Assembly: GCF_001194135.2 (NCBI RefSeq)
Contig: NC_068984.1
Location: 5,488,693-5,552,692, forward strand
Direction: 5' to 3'
From: Octopus bimaculoides
Lineage: Eukaryota
Length of the DNA: 64,000 nt
The notes under the pieces are model-generated. The model worked only from the letters and a program-made list of their open reading frames with translations. It was not told where the DNA came from and did no database searches. Position numbers and translations under genes: made by a program. Shown here piece after piece: positions 63,440-64,000 of the stretch (positions within the stretch are counted from its first letter, which is position 1; each line of letters opens with the position of its first letter).

Positions 63440-63975
63440 CTCTGAGGCATTTCTTCCGGCTCTATGAATTCTGAGTTCAAATACCACCTCGGTCAACTTT
63501 GTTTTGTATCCCTTTGAGACACCAGTACTTTAATAGAAATAAAGTACCATTCAGGTACCGGAGGGAGGGGATGTAATCGACGAAGCCTTCCTAAAAAAAT
63601 GTCAGGTCCTGTCCCTTTAGTGGGAATGATTATTATTATGGCGGTGTTCGGCGGCGAGCTGGAAGAATCGTTAGCACGCCGGGCAAAATGAAATTACCGA
63701 GGCCAACTTTGCCTTTCATACTTTCGGGGTCGATAAAATAAGTACCAGTTCGGAATTGGGGGTCGATGCAATCAACCTATTCCTTCTCCCAAAATTGGTG
63801 GCCCTTTGCTGAAATTTGGGACCATTATTATTATATCGGCGACCTGGCAGAATCGTTAGCGCGTCGGACAAAAAGCTTACCAGCATTTCTTCCGGTTCTT
63901 TACTTGATGAGTTCAAATACTGTCGCGGTCGACTTTGCTTGTCATCCTTTCGGGATCGATAGAATAAAGGATCAG
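63440..63975 (+). mobile_element. Three tandem SINE family B copies
   Basis: Heads ggcggcgagctggaagaatcgttagc (63650) and ggcgacctggcagaatcgttagc (63838) follow the ttatta tails of the preceding copies. Confidence 0.85.
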
Positions 63976-64000
63976 TTTATCATTTAGAGAACCCACTCAA

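Overview
Repeat-dominated, AT-rich animal genomic DNA with ten N-gaps and no recognisable host protein-coding exon, rRNA or functional tRNA. The tRNA-derived SINE families, microsatellite load and transposon set look like an octopus/cephalopod scaffold (inference, not a database match). Nearly all ORFs in the supplied track are microsatellite, gap or antisense artefacts. Real coding remnants are: two Penelope-like (PLE) RT fragments (one stop-free, running off the left edge), three mariner loci, R4/Dong-type LINE pieces (RT, zinc finger/RLE nuclease, 3' ends in TAA repeats), an RTE-type LINE 3' end and a gag-like CCHC ORF. There are also two copies of a MITE with 6-bp target-site duplications and internal telomeric CCCTAA repeats. 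The main result is a set of hammerhead-ribozyme (HHR) folds from about four unrelated repeat families. These include a fully canonical type I HHR (23360-23407, minus) and a ~290-bp element joining a tRNA-derived Pol III head to a PLE-type HHR (three copies, two fused head-to-head), a candidate ribozyme-bearing SINE mobilised by Penelope-like elements. All folds were derived by eye; SINE boundaries are approximate.
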